Positions 1 to 12,399 of a stretch of DNA of 64,000 nt are shown here, one piece after another. The stretch comes from Lama glama. Taxonomy: Eukaryota. Within the stretch, counting starts at the first letter, position 1. Each line of letters starts with the position of its first letter. The notes below the pieces were generated by a model. That model was not told the origin of the DNA and searched no databases. It saw nothing but the letters and a program-made list of their open reading frames with translations. The stretch lies in contig CM052824.1 in NCBI GenBank assembly GCA_028534125.1, positions 39,432,001 through 39,496,000 on the forward strand. Reading direction: 5' to 3'. The translations under genes and the position numbers were made by a program.

Positions 1-167
1 TCTGGCTCAATGCCTCTGTTTTCTCACCTTTGAAATGATAATAGTAGTGATGCTTATCTCACAGGAGTTTTGTGAGAAAATGTATGCAAACACAGGGTAC
101 TGTTCCCCCAACTGATATTTTATAGGTGTGAGTTCTACACCTAAGTGTAGACTTTCCTGTTAACTAA

Positions 168-350
168 AGGAGGCAGTCCAGTTCAGTAATTAAAAGCATG
201 AGATAGGTTTGAATTCCAGCCCAGCTCCTTAACCAGCTGAGTGACCTGGGGCAAGTTACTTGACTTTTTTGAGCCCCACTCTCCTTATTTAAAAATAGAC
301 ATCATAATAGTGTTCTTGGCACATAGCCAGCACTCAATAAAGGTTAGCTA
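168..350 (+). mobile_element. MIR SINE
   Basis: Core motifs ggtttgaattccagc...gtgacctggggcaagttacttgac; cacatagccagcactcaataaa. Confidence 0.7.
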
Positions 351-499
351 TTTTTACTGTCTGCTGGGGAAAAAAAGCAATGCAAGAAGCAGTGGAAAAG
401 ACTGTCCACCTTGGCTCCCATTGTTTGCTGCTGCAGTCTCTCAGCATTTCTTTGCCACGTTTCCTGAATCAGGGAATCTGATTGGCACAGCTGTCTTTT

Positions 500-1720
500 C
501 ACATGAGACCAGCCTATGTTGCTAAACCCACTAGTTAATGCCCAGTCTTTGTTTCACTTGATCCATCAGCAACTTCTAACATAGCAGATGACTCTCTCCT
601 TCCTGAAACACCTTTCTCAATTGGCTTTGAGGACACCGCACCTTTTAGGTTCTTCTAAAGTTTCTCTCTGGCTGCTTGTTCTCAGTCTGTCACTGGTACC
701 GTCAAAGTGTCAGGATCTAAACACTGGAGTTTTCCAGGGCTTAGTTCCTGAACAACTTCTACACTCACTCTTTGGGTGAGCTCATCCAGGTTCATGGCTT
801 GGAATATTATTAAGAGACAGATGACTCCCAAATGTACACAGCCAGCCCGTATTCTCCCATAAATGCCAGGCATGCATATCTAACTGTGTACTGAAATCTC
901 ACCTGGATATTGAGTGGACGTCTCAAATGTAAGATGTCCCAAATTAAACTTCTGGTCCCCTCTCCCTAACCCCCACAAATTTCCTCCTCCATCCAGTGTC
1001 TTCTCCATTTCAGATAATGGCAGTTTTATCCTTCCAGGAGTTCTGTTCTGAAAGTCTGAAGTTAGTCTGGACCCCTTTCCACTCTCCAATCCTTCAGCAG
1101 ATCCTGTTAGCCCCACCTTCAAAGCATTTCCAGGATCTAGTCACTTCTCACCATCTCCACTGCTAGCACTCCAGTCCAAGTCACAATGTTCTTTTGTCTG
1201 GGCTATGGCACTGCTTTCTAGTTGGTCTCTTGCACTTGCCCTTGTTCCACTTCATTCTCTCAAATTACAGCCAGAGCGATCATCTAAAACAAAATTGCAT
1301 TCCCTTAAAACCTTACTCAGAGGAATAGTCGAGCACTTTACTGTGACTTAGTAAGGCTCTGCATGATCTGGCCCTTGCTGCCTCTGAGTTCCTTTCCCAA
1401 CACTGTTCCCCTCCCTCATCTGCTCCAGCCGCACTGGTCCCCTTGCTGACCCTCCGACACCACACAGGTGCTTCAGCCACAGGGCCTTTGCTGCACTCTC
1501 TGCCTGGATCGCTCCTTCCCACACACTCTCATAAATTGCTACCTCACTTTTTTCGTTCTTTCCCCAAATGTTCTAAATTTTAACTTTACCCCCCCCATAT
1601 TTCCTATTCCCCTTTTCTGTTTTTTTCTCCTCCTCCTTCTTCTCATCACTTTACATTATCTAAGACCACGCATACTTTACATATTTCTCCTGGGGACATG
1701 GTTTATAATCCCGGCTTTAC
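500..1720 (+). mobile_element. L2 LINE fragment
   Basis: ctcatccaggttcatggctt...gatgactcccaaat...cacttctcaccatctccactgcta...cagccagagcgatc...agggcctttgc are typical L2 3'-half motifs. Confidence 0.8.
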
Positions 1721-1759
1721 AGAAGAGGAAGCGGGTTTAATGAGCTAGAGACTATCCAT

Positions 1760-4700
1760 TCTGACATCTGCTTGAGAGTTTAGTACATTTATATTTATTG
1801 TGATTTCTGATATGTTTGGATTTATTTCTGTCATCTTATTTTGTGTCTTCCATTTATTCTGCCTTTTGGGTGATGCTTTTCTACTCCTTTGCTGCCTTCT
1901 TTTGGATTGATTGGATTTTCTTCATTTTTCTCTTCACCAGACCCCACACTAATTTGGCAGTCATATATTTTAATTTCATTATTTTTGTGGTTATTCTTAT
2001 AATTTTCATGTGCGTATTTGACTTAGCAAAGTCTAAAATTGACAATTATATCTATCCTTCTCCTGAACAATATACATGTACTTGCTGCCCAGTATTTTAG
2101 TTCCACCTTCTTTTTACCTCTCCCAATTAGTCTTCATTATTGTTGTTACATTTTATACTACCAGTACATGATTTATATATATACCCACATTTTTACCTTT
2201 CTCCCTCCTCACTATACCTTCTTACATTTCATTCCTTCCTTTTAAGGTAAATTCTTTAGTAATTTTTTTCAGTGAATGTCTATTAGTAGCAAATTCTGTC
2301 TTTAACAAAAAATGTAGTTTACCCTCACTGTTTAACATAACTTAGCTTATTATAGAATTCTGGGTCAACATTTATTTTCTCTCAGTGTTTTGAAGCTGTT
2401 CCTCTGACATCTGTCTTCTGTTGTTGCTGTTAATAAGTCCACTGTCAATCTAATCATCTTTGTTGGTTATTTTCATTTCTCTCTGATTGCTGTCAAGCTC
2501 TTTCTTGTCTTTGATTTTGGTGTCCTGCGGTTTCACTATGATGTGTGTGTGTGTGTGTTCCTTGAATCTGAGGATTCATGTTTTTCATCGAATCTGGAAA
2601 ATTCTGTCATGGTTACTGTCTGCTGGTACATCTTTTTCCATCTTTTTACTTTCAATCTACCAGCTTTTGTATCCAATCTGACAATCTCTGTCTTTTGAAT
2701 GGGACGGTTTTCTCTATTCACATTTAGTATGATTATGGATATGGTTGGATTGTCTCGTGTCATTTTTGTTCCTCCATTCTTCCTTTACTGCCTTCTTTTG
2801 TATTAACTATTTTGTGTACCATTTAATTTTTTTTTGCTAATTCCTTTTTTACTATATTTGTGGTTGCACTAGGAATAACAATGTGAATCTTAATATTAAA
2901 ATCTAATCAATTATGACAAAATATAGAAACATTGCTCTTATATGTCTCCTTTTTCTCTCCCTTCTTTGTGCTATTATTGTTATATATTACCTATACATGT
3001 TATAAACCTAAAATTTATTATAAACCAATAATAGTATTTTAATAATTGCTTTGCATAATTTTATGTCTTTTAAAGAAGTGGAGAGAAAAATATATTTGTA
3101 GAGTTACTTATATTTACTCACATATTTACTGTTTCTAATGCTTTTCATTTCTTCCGATGGATATGAGTTACCACTGAGTGTCACTTCGTTATAGGGTGAA
3201 GAACTTCCATTAGTATTTCTCATAAGATAGCTCTGCTGGCAATACATCCTTCAGTCTTTATTTATTTGGAGATGTTTTTATTTTTATGTAATTTTTCAAA
3301 GCATAGTTTTGCTGGATATAGAATTGCTGGTTGACAGTTTTTTTCTTTCAGCACTTTGTACCATTTCACTGCCTTTGGCATTCATTGTTGATGAAAAGCC
3401 AGTTGTTAGTCATATTGTTGGGTTTTTTTGGTATGTGATGAATTGTTTTTCTCTTGTTACTGTTAAGATTTTCTTTGTCTTTTAACATTTTGGCTGTAAT
3501 GTGTCTGGGTATGGATTTCTTTGTGTTTAACCTACTTTGGATTCATTGAGCTTGTTTGATATGTAGATTAATGTGTTTCATCAAATTTGGAAATGTTTAG
3601 GGCCATTATTTCTTCAAATATTTTGTCTTCTTTTTTCTCTCTCTCATCTTCTTCTGTGACTCACATTACATGCATACTGGCTTGCTTAATGTTGTCCCAT
3701 AGGTCTCTGAGGTGCTGTTTATTTCTATTTCATCTTTTTTCCCATACATTCTTTAGATTGGGTAATGTATGCTGATCTATCTTCAAGTTTACTGATCATT
3801 TTTTATGTTCAGCCTTTCTAGTGAATTTTTAATTTCAATTATTGTACTTTTCAGCTCCAGAATTTTGATTTGATTCTGTCTTTTTTTCCCCCTAAATTCT
3901 CTTTGTTGTGATTTTCTATTAATGATGTCAGTGTTGTCATACTTTCCTTTAACTCTTTAAACATACTTCCTTCTTTGACCATTCTCATAATAACTTCTTT
4001 GTAGTCTTTGTCTGATAAATTAAACATCTGGGGACATTCACATTTTCTTGTTTATTTATTTTGTTGACTATTGAAAATTTTAGGTAATATATTGTAGCAA
4101 CTCTGGATTCTTACTTTACCTCTTGAAGATTGTTATTGCTTTTGTTTACTTGTTTGTTAATCTCTGGACTAAATCTGTGAAATCTGTCTGCCTTGCCAGA
4201 TGCAGCCTCTGATGTCTCCACTAATTTTTTTCCTCTTTCTTGTTTTTATTTTTAAGCCTGGTTTCCTAGGGGTTGACCTAGTGTCTACATGGCTTAGAGT
4301 CCAGCCAGAGACTGATCAGAGGTTGTGTGCATAAACTTCAAGCCTATAAGGCTTCTTCTCTCTGCTTTTGTGGTTTTAGGTATAGGCTCGGGAGTACAAA
4401 CATTGGGCTGTTTTCAAGCATGCTCTGGCTTTTACTTTTCGCCAGGCTCTCTTGCATTTCTTCTGCACATATGCACAGGCTACATTAGCCAGGGATGTGT
4501 AGGGGGCTCAGGGCCACTCTGATCTCTATTGTACATGCAGCCAGCCTCTAGTTAGCTCAGAATATGTGGAGAACTTACCAAATTCTCTATGGCTATCTTA
4601 CTCCCCACTAAATCCCCATTTAGTCTTCCAGTCCATTGCTTGCCCCAAACAGGGATGAAAACGCAGCCTGGCAGTGCTGCTGTTATTCCTGCTCTTGACA

Positions 4701-5440
4701 TTATAACTGAAAATGCTCAAAACTAAGTTATCCCCCTTTCGTAGTTGCAGTGAAGCTTCTGGTTTTCACAGCATGGCCCACCTTGGTTGAACTAGTGCAA
4801 CTGATAGAGCAGGGAGCTTGCGGAATGGGAGTAGCCCCAGGCAAGGTCACCACAGACTCATGCTGTTCTCACTCAAAGTTCAGTAATTTTCATGAATGTG
4901 TTTCTTTGCTGTATACTTTTGATTGATTTTCAGAGTGATAAAATGGTTGTTTTTGACAGTTCTGTGCAGCTTTATAGTTGTCTTGGGGGATAGGATTTTG
5001 TATCCTTCTCTGTTGTGTCTGAAGTCAGAAGTCTGGAAAATTCTCAACTACTATTATTATCTCTTCAAATATTGCCTTTTCCACATTCTATCTAGTTCCT
5101 CCTCCATAACTCTTATTAGTTGGGGCCTTTTTATTTTTTCCTTCATGTGTCCTAACCTCTCTTTCATATTTCTCATCTCTTTACCTCACTATGCTGCCTT
5201 CTGGGTAAGTTCCTCAGATACATCCTCTGATTTACTGTTTTCTCTTCAGTTGTGTCTCATTTACTACTTAACTCATTAATCAATTGTGTTTTAAATTTAC
5301 CCCTTTCCCCCCTAGAAATCCGATTCAATTCTTTTTCAAATGTTTCTAGTTTTCTTTTCAAAGCTTTTACTCTGTCCTTATGTTTTCAGTTTATATCTTT
5401 TAAGTTTTGGAAAATTTAAACATGATTTAAAAACTTAATT
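1760..5440 (-). mobile_element. Ancient L1M/HAL1-like element (host of the 2606-5031 insertion)
   Basis: T-rich L1 ORF1-like sequence that reads continuously across the insertion (ttcatcgaatctggaaaattct|caac...tctcttcaaatattgc). Confidence 0.6.
2606..5031 (-). mobile_element. Old L1M element: 5' UTR, ORF1 and start of the ORF2 endonuclease; 3'-truncated
   Basis: ORF 2536-2763(-) NPTISIIILNVNRENRPIQK...RLKVKRWKKMYQ resembles the L1 endonuclease N-terminus. ORF1-like T-rich text at 3250-4000. 13-bp direct repeat at both ends. Confidence 0.75.
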
Positions 5441-5538
5441 CATTTTAGCTAAGGTAATGCTAGTTGCCATAATAGATAAACCTTGAATTCTCAATAGCTT
5501 AACTCAATAAAAGTTTAGTTCTTGTTCATGCCACGGTT

Positions 5539-6052
5539 TATATTAGTTATCTATTGCTGCAAAATAAAATACCCCCAAAACATAGTGTCTTAAAACAAAA
5601 AAAATATTTATTATCTCACAATTTCTGTGGGTCAGGAATCGGTGCCACCTGGATCACAGGCTTCATCAAGGTATTGGCCAAGGCTGCAATCATCTCCAAG
5701 GCTTGACTAGAGGAAGATCTCCTTTCACGCCCACATGGCTGTCAGTGGGCCTCAGATCCTTGGCATGTGGGACTCACCATCACATTCGCCACATTACACA
5801 ACTCACAACACAGCTTGTATCCCCCAGGACAAAGGCTCCGAGAGAGATAGTAAGAGAAGGTGTCCAAGATGGAAGCCACAGTATTTCTGTAATCTAATCT
5901 CAGAAATGACATGCCATTGTATTGGCCCTATTCTGTTCATTAGAAGTGGGCCAGTAGGTCTAATCTGCAGTCAAGAGGAGGGGACTGTGCAAGGGTGTGA
6001 ATGCCAGGCAGTGAAGATCATAAGGGGTCATGCCAGAGGTTGTCTACCACAC
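5539..6052 (-). mobile_element. MaLR (MLT1-type) solo LTR
   Basis: Begins tattagttatctattgctgc...cttaaaacaa...tttattatctcacaatttctgtgggtcaggaat; ends ctaccaca. Confidence 0.8.
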
Positions 6053-9000
6053 AGTTTAATATTAGCTCATCTTTAAAGGAGCTTTATCTGTGAAAATCCT
6101 GGGCACCGTGGGTTAGGAGTGGGTCCTCCAGAAAATATTTAAAAATTCTTTCTGTTAGGCTATTTTTGGCCTGGGACCATTTTCTGTAAATTTTAAATTT
6201 GGGGGGTCTGGCCCATGCAGACAGAGAATTCGGTTTCCTGTGTGAAGACTATCTTGTGGGTATAAAATCTTAGGAGATTTACCTCCTTGTCCCTCCCCAA
6301 AGTGCCTAGAATACAGACTAGCTTCCTTGTCATCAGTCTGTGCTGATAATTGATTTTTTTTAGCTTACCTTTTCATCAAAGCTTTCTCCTTTTCTACTTT
6401 TATGCAGGTCCTAATTTCTAATCCCAAGCTTCATGTGGGCCCAGAGCCTTACTCCTGCAACCTGGTGTTAAAACCTCTGCCCTCTGGTTACCAGCAGTCC
6501 CTGCCCCCACCTCCCACCTACACTGGGCTGTTTGCAGCCTTGGCTCACACAGTTAATATTCTGATTTCCAGTCTCCTCTTTGCTTTTGTCCCCTAGGGAC
6601 TTCTCTCGCTTTTTTGTGAGCTCAGCTATGCATATAAAACAGCATTTGTTATATTTTATCCAGTGTTTTAGAATGTTTTAAAATGGGAGGGGTTTCCAAG
6701 GTTATCTAAACCAAATGACATATGTAAAATATACAAGATGTTGCCTAGCCCCCAGTTGAAGCCACTAACTCTGGTACGGACAATTTTCAATTAGACCCAA
6801 ACAAAGTATTTTCTTTTAAATATCCCACATCCTTGGAAATATTTGCTGATTCTGAGTCTGGTGTGCAGAAGGGCTAGGGTTCTCATTTCCCAAGAGAATT
6901 CTTTGACTTTGACTCTCCTGAAAGTGAGAGTTGGGGGGGAGCAGGGTGGAAGGCAGTGTAAGGATAATAGGAGAATTCACAGCACAATTTTATACTTGTA
7001 ACAGAGCAAAGATCATCTCGGATGTAATATTCCTCTGAGAGACTATAAAAATCTGCACTTCCCTTGGGCCCTGGTCCCTTGTTGGAACTCCAGAGCAACT
7101 CTTGGCTAGTAGCGATGGAAGGTGTGTGGCCCCAGGGAATTTCTCACCCTCCTTCTGTCTGCCTTGGATAGAGTTGGTCATGGGAATGGCATGTGGTTGG
7201 GATTTCAAGAGCCTGAGAACCCTTGGGAAAGAGGGGTCTCTGAGAGGTATTGTCCCTGTGATTTAAGAACCTCTTGCTACTAATAATGGTAGCTAATGTT
7301 TCTTGAGCATCTGCTGTATGCCAGCTAGTATACCTAGTGCCTTACACACAGAAGAGGGCTGGAGATGCAGAGATGAGCCAGAGTGCGATTCCCTCCATCC
7401 TTGGTGTCTAGACCTGTGACTGAAATGCTCTCTGCTGGGGTTAGATCAGCTTTCCTGTGCTCTAGAAGGGCCCTCTGGGCTGGATCAGTTCTAGTTGGGA
7501 AGTATCTTGAGTCTGGCCTAGAAATAAGAGGATTTAGATCAGCTCTTGAGCTTCAGGAAATACCCTGGCACTGCTGGTCCTTGATACCCCAGAGGTCAAG
7601 AGATTTCAGACCGAGAGGTAGACTCACAAGGAGTCATGGGGAAAGACACAGGTGTCACAGTAATGTGGTTTGTGCCAGTCAAACATGGAAGAATTTAACT
7701 CCTACAGGATCTTGGATTGATTTTTTTCATGGTCTGTGATTTCTGTACACTTGCAATGAAGCTCCTTTAGAAAAAGCTGCAGTCTTTCTTTTTAATTACT
7801 AGATCCACATTGCAATCACTGAATCTGAGTTTCCAGCAAATTTGGTTCTGAGCTTCAAAGCAGCCAAAACAAAGAGAGGCTTATAGTTAGAGAACCCTGG
7901 GTTCAATTCCTCAGGATAGGCCTGAGTTAATACAGGTTTAATAAGTTCTCCAGAGATTCTGATGCTCAGTCAGCCTGGCAGGAGAGCCAGGAAATCTGGC
8001 ACTTAACTTACAAGCTGGGCATCTTTGGACAATTCATCTGCCTTCTCTGAGCCTTAGTTTTCCCATCAGTAGAATAGGATGGAAATTCCTGCTCAATTTG
8101 AGGTGGAATCTAGAAATATCATGTCATATGTGCTTTGGAGGCTGAGTTTGGAAACACTGAGCTGCATTTTACACATGGATCAAGCTACTCCTTTCTCTGT
8201 TGGCTGCACATAAATATGATGCCATGCATCTTTCCTGGGAGATGTCACAAAATGCAGCTCTGGGATACTTGCTGTCACATTCACCGTGTGGATGCTACCG
8301 AGGACCTTGTTCGTGACTTCATCCAGTAGCCTCTACATAATCACCCGTGGGAGAATTTCTCTTAGACTCAGTGACAAGAGCATTGTGGTTGTCATGAGTG
8401 GTGGCCTGTGTTTACCAGGTAGGCCCTCAGACCATCACATGTCACTGACTGAGGGCTTACCTGCGCCAAGTACCTCGCATGTTTTTCTTTGAGTCCCCTG
8501 ATAGCCCTGTGAAGATGGTACCGTTCTCATTCCCCCTTGATAGGTTATTAAACTGAGGCCCAAGAACTTTAACTTTCCCAGGCCATGCTGCTAGGAAGAA
8601 GCAGAGCCAGTGCTTGAGTCCAGCTGGGTCTCACAACATGGCCCACGCAGGCGGCCTACGGGCTGTCGTCCTTATGTTCGGGCTGCTCTTGGGGTCAGAT
8701 GTGCGCCCATCCTGTGCTCTGGGTAATGAGCTTACCATACGACCACCTTCTTTCCCTTCTTATTCTTCCCTTTCTTCTTCCCCTTTTTTATTTTCTTTGT
8801 GCAAGTTTTCTCCCATAAAACAAATAAGGCTGCAACTTCTGGTGGATTTAGCCTTAGTACAGTGTTATGCGACACGGTTCCATGAACAAAATTTTTGTTT
8901 TGCTTTTTCTTGGTTGCTTAAAATATTTTTTAACATTATGGATTCTGAACCACAAAATATCAAAAACAAAAACAAGAACCTCAATCAGCAGTTGCTGAAC

Positions 9001-9642
9001 TTTCTTCAGAGGATGAGGGACAGGGAGGGAACCAGCAGGCTGAACCAGAACCCTAGTTAGTGGGCAGAAAGTAAGGGAGGGCTTGGATCACTTGAAGTTT
9101 GATCATTTTTGCTCCATTACTCCATAACCACATGGTTATACCTCTATAGGTTGTGGTCAGTCAATCTTGTAATGCAGTAGGTCATAAATAGTAAAATAAA
9201 AGGTGACCTTCCTTGCAGTCCCTCATCTCCACAGTGTGCAAGAGGGTGGCTGTCGGTACCCTGGTCCTCTCTCTCTGGGTCAGATGAGAGAGACGTCAGA
9301 GGCTGGGAGTAGGTGGAGAAGGAGACCGGGTGGTCGAGAGGCTGGGGTATAGCTGGACATCTGGCAGAGGCATAGGTCAGCTGGAGGGAGGAGTATTTAG
9401 AAGAAAGTATTTAGAATAAAGAGGAGACCCCAGGATTGGCCCTAAGGCAGGCCTGGAGAGCAGCACAGGGCAGGGTGCCTTTATCTTTCTTTGCAAGGAA
9501 TTTCTTTTAGTCCAAATGTGGAAAAGTCACACAGAGACACAGCCTCCGCAGATCTAGATATATTCCTAAGACACAGCGCCTCAGAGACGCCCCCATCCCA
9601 TCCCAGCACCGTGGTAACTGTCCTTCTGGTCCCTGCCCCCAG

Positions 9643-9856
9643 CTCAGCGAGGAGCTGAACCAGCAGCTGGAGGCCGTGTGCGGGTCCGTGTTTGGGGAGC
9701 TTGAGTCCCAGGCGGTGGACGCCCTGGACCTGCCCGGCTGTTTCCGCATGCGGAGCCACAGCTACCTCCGGGCCATCCAGGCCGGCTGCTCTCAAGACGA
9801 CGACTGCCTGCCCCTCCTTGCTGCCCCTGCCTCTGTCTCAGGGAGGCCCGGCTCCT
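9643..9856 (+). CDS. DLGAP3: DLGAP3 (SAPAP3) internal coding exon, 214 nt, includes a GK-binding repeat (FRMRSHSYLRAIQAG)
   Basis: Acceptor cccccAG ends at 9642; donor GTGAGT at 9857. Translates LSEELNQQLEAVCGSVFGELESQAVDALDLPGCFRMRSHSYLRAIQAGCSQDDDCLPLL...GRPGS, recognised as SAPAP3. Ends in phase 1. Confidence 0.96.
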
Positions 9857-10054
9857 GTGAGTACGCCTTCCCTGCCCCTGGCTGGGCCCTAGATTGGAGA
9901 GGACTCTGGGTTCTGGTTCTGGCCCTGGTCACGACTGTGCTGTGTGACCTTAGGCAGATCGCTCGCTGCTCTGGGCCGGATGGTGGGGAGTACAATCCTT
10001 GGGTCTGTATGTAGCAGCACGTGGATCACCCTTGGCTACTAGGTCCTGTGACAC

Positions 10055-10096
10055 CGCGCGTGTGTGTGTGTGTGTGTGCGCGCGCGCGCGTGTGTG
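10055..10096. repeat. Compound microsatellite (CG)3(TG)9(CG)6(TG)3
   Basis: Read directly: 42 bp of uninterrupted purine-pyrimidine alternation. Confidence 0.95.
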
Positions 10097-10168
10097 GTGG
10101 GGTGGTCGGCCACAGACACCTGCCAGGGCGCGTTTCTCACCCTACGTGTCTGCCTTCCCTGGCCACAG

Positions 10169-10482
10169 CCTTCAACTTCAGAAAGGCCCCTCCCCCCATC
10201 CCACCTGGAAGCCAGGCCCCGCCCCGCATCTCCATCACAGCCCAGAGCAGCACCGACTCCGCCCACGAGAGCTTCACCGCGGCGGAGGGCCCGGCCCGGC
10301 GCTGCAGCTCCGCCGACGGGCTGGACGGCCCCGCCATGGGCGCGCGCACCCTGGAGTTGGCGCCGGTGCCACCCCGGGCCAGCCCCAAGCCCCCTACACT
10401 CATCATCAAGACCATTCCAGGCAGGGAGGAGCTGCGGAGCCTGGCGCGGCAGCGGAAGTGGCGGCCGTCCATCGGGGTGCAG
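10169..10482 (+). CDS. DLGAP3: DLGAP3 internal coding exon, 314 nt (Pro-rich region)
   Basis: Acceptor ccacAG at 10167-68; donor GTATGG at 10483. Phase matches the previous exon (T|CC = Ser). Translates FNFRKAPPPIPPGSQAPPRISITAQSSTDSAHES...RQRKWRPSIGVQ. Confidence 0.96.
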
Positions 10483-10865
10483 GTATGGAAGGAGGAGGCG
10501 CAGACCAAAGTTGAGGCCCTGACCGGTTGAGGATGGGTTGAGGGGGATCAGCGGGGCCTTCTGGTACTTGGACCTTTTCCTCACTTGCTCTTAGCCTGGT
10601 CATCAACGGGGCTGCTCCAAACAGTCCCAGCCCACTCCTTTGTCCCTCGCTCTGGCACCATCACCCCTATCAGCGAGCGGGAAGCGGTGCCAAGAGGTTG
10701 TCATCTTGATACTTCTGACCTCCTGGGTCTCTCATCTTGTTCAGGCAGATTGTCTGTGCAGGATCTGCCAGCTGGCTTGGGGCTCAGGCATCACTTGTCC
10801 TCCCTGGGGAGGGTTTGCGTCCCTTGTTCTAGCCCTGGCCACTGATTCCCCAACCCTGCCACCAG

Positions 10866-10951
10866 GTGGAGACTATCTCAGACTCGGACACGGAGAACAG
10901 GAGTCGAAGAGAGTTCCACTCCATCGGTGTACAGGTGGAAGAAGACAAGAG
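10866..10951 (+). CDS. DLGAP3: DLGAP3 internal coding exon, 86 nt (LC8-binding-type motif SIGVQV)
   Basis: Acceptor accAG at 10864-65; donor GTAAGT at 10952. Translates VETISDSDTENRSRREFHSIGVQVEEDK plus AG (phase 2). Not represented in the ORF track. Confidence 0.95.
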
Positions 10952-12284
10952 GTAAGTCAGGGTGGGGGTACCTCAGGCTTTCTTGGGGAAGAAGAGGAGA
11001 GAGAGGTGCATAATGACCTTACTGGCCCCGTCTCCCTGTGCACTCTTTCTTCCTGGTCCTGAAACAAACCAAGCCCTTTTATTGGGAGGAGTCAGAGCAG
11101 CCACAGAGGTTCTCCACACAGATGTCACCAGGGCAGTCATCAGATCTAAAGTGAACTCTCCTTGTACCCGTGCCTGTCCCACGTGCTGTGAGGTGGACAG
11201 GAGATATACAGTGGTCCGGGGAAGGACGTAGTAGGGAGAAGTAGCAGGTAGGTGCTGAGTGGGCCTCCAGCAATTGTCCTTTATAGGAGATTACAGGACT
11301 TTTCCAATCCCTCGTTACTTCCTGTGGTGTACAAGTATGTGAGCTCAAAAAGAAACAAATAAACGGGAAGATTGCCTCTCAGGGGCCCCTGGCAGATATA
11401 ACACTCCTCCTCACTCAGCTCACATAAACATTTAAGCAGTCGGGGGTACCTATTATATGCCTGAGTCTGTGGTGTACCCAAGAAATCAGCAGCCACTGTT
11501 CTGGCATTAGGTGGCTTCAGAAACATTGTTTCCTTGATTTCCAACTGAAAATTAACACCAAGAGCTCTGGAGGGAGTACTGGGAAGAATCCCTCTGTTGT
11601 TGGGCTCCTGTAGGAAGATGCTTTCTCTGAGGACCATGTGACAGTGGCCCCTCTGCCCTCTGGGCTGCGGTGCTACCAGGCCAGTGACCCTAAGCATGGT
11701 GTCTGGGAACCTGCCTGGGGCTGGCTGTAAGTTTCATGGTAATCTGTGTTTTTCAGGCCGTACCCACTTGGGGCATAAAACTTGAGTCCCAGTGTCAGTC
11801 CCTCATGGCTCTGTTCCCAGTTGCCATGATTGGGCCTTTAGACCTTTTCTAAATTCCCCCAACTATTTCTGAGAATCGCTGGGATGTCTTAGGTGTGTGT
11901 ATGCCCAGTCAAGTCTTCTTGGGGTTCCTGTGGGATTCACCATTTTTCTCTACTCCCTGCAGTTCCATATGATCCTGAGGCTTTAAATGCCTCCATCAAG
12001 GGTGGCCAAAAAGGTGCCTTTGTTGCCCCCATCAGTCCTGAAAGCCACTTTCCCTCAAATTCTTAATATACTACACAGATCACAGAAAAATGGCACTTTA
12101 TGGCAAACCCAGTTCAGCAAGTCTATGACTTGAGTTCTTGAGAGGTGGGGTAGGAGTCATGGTTGGGTACAACTTTGTGTTCAGAATTCTGCCCCCAACT
12201 CTAATGCTGCCCCATGGACCATAAACCAAGACCTTGTGCCCCTATTTGCTCCATCATGAGGCTTCTTGGTCCCTCATCCATATA

Positions 12285-12314
12285 GACCCCTGGGGATCTG
12301 ACCCCTGGGGATCT
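12285..12314. repeat. Perfect 15-bp tandem duplication GACCCCTGGGGATCT x2
   Basis: Read directly. Confidence 0.9.
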
Positions 12315-12399
12315 CCCCATTCCTCCTAACAAACCTGTATCCTGGGAAGAGTTCAGCAGGCATTCTACTGAGACTCTGGCTGTGTCAGCAAACTCTGTC

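Noticed and set aside
9481-10606. Many long overlapping and antisense ORFs around the DLGAP3 exons
   Set aside because: Shadows of GC-rich coding exons where stops are rare; no independent gene signals.
11900-12100. Gypsy RT/RNase H-like words (QVFLGF, AFVAPI, YTDHRK)
   Set aside because: Order fits a pol gene but spacing is far too short, so they are not counted as support without an HMM hit.
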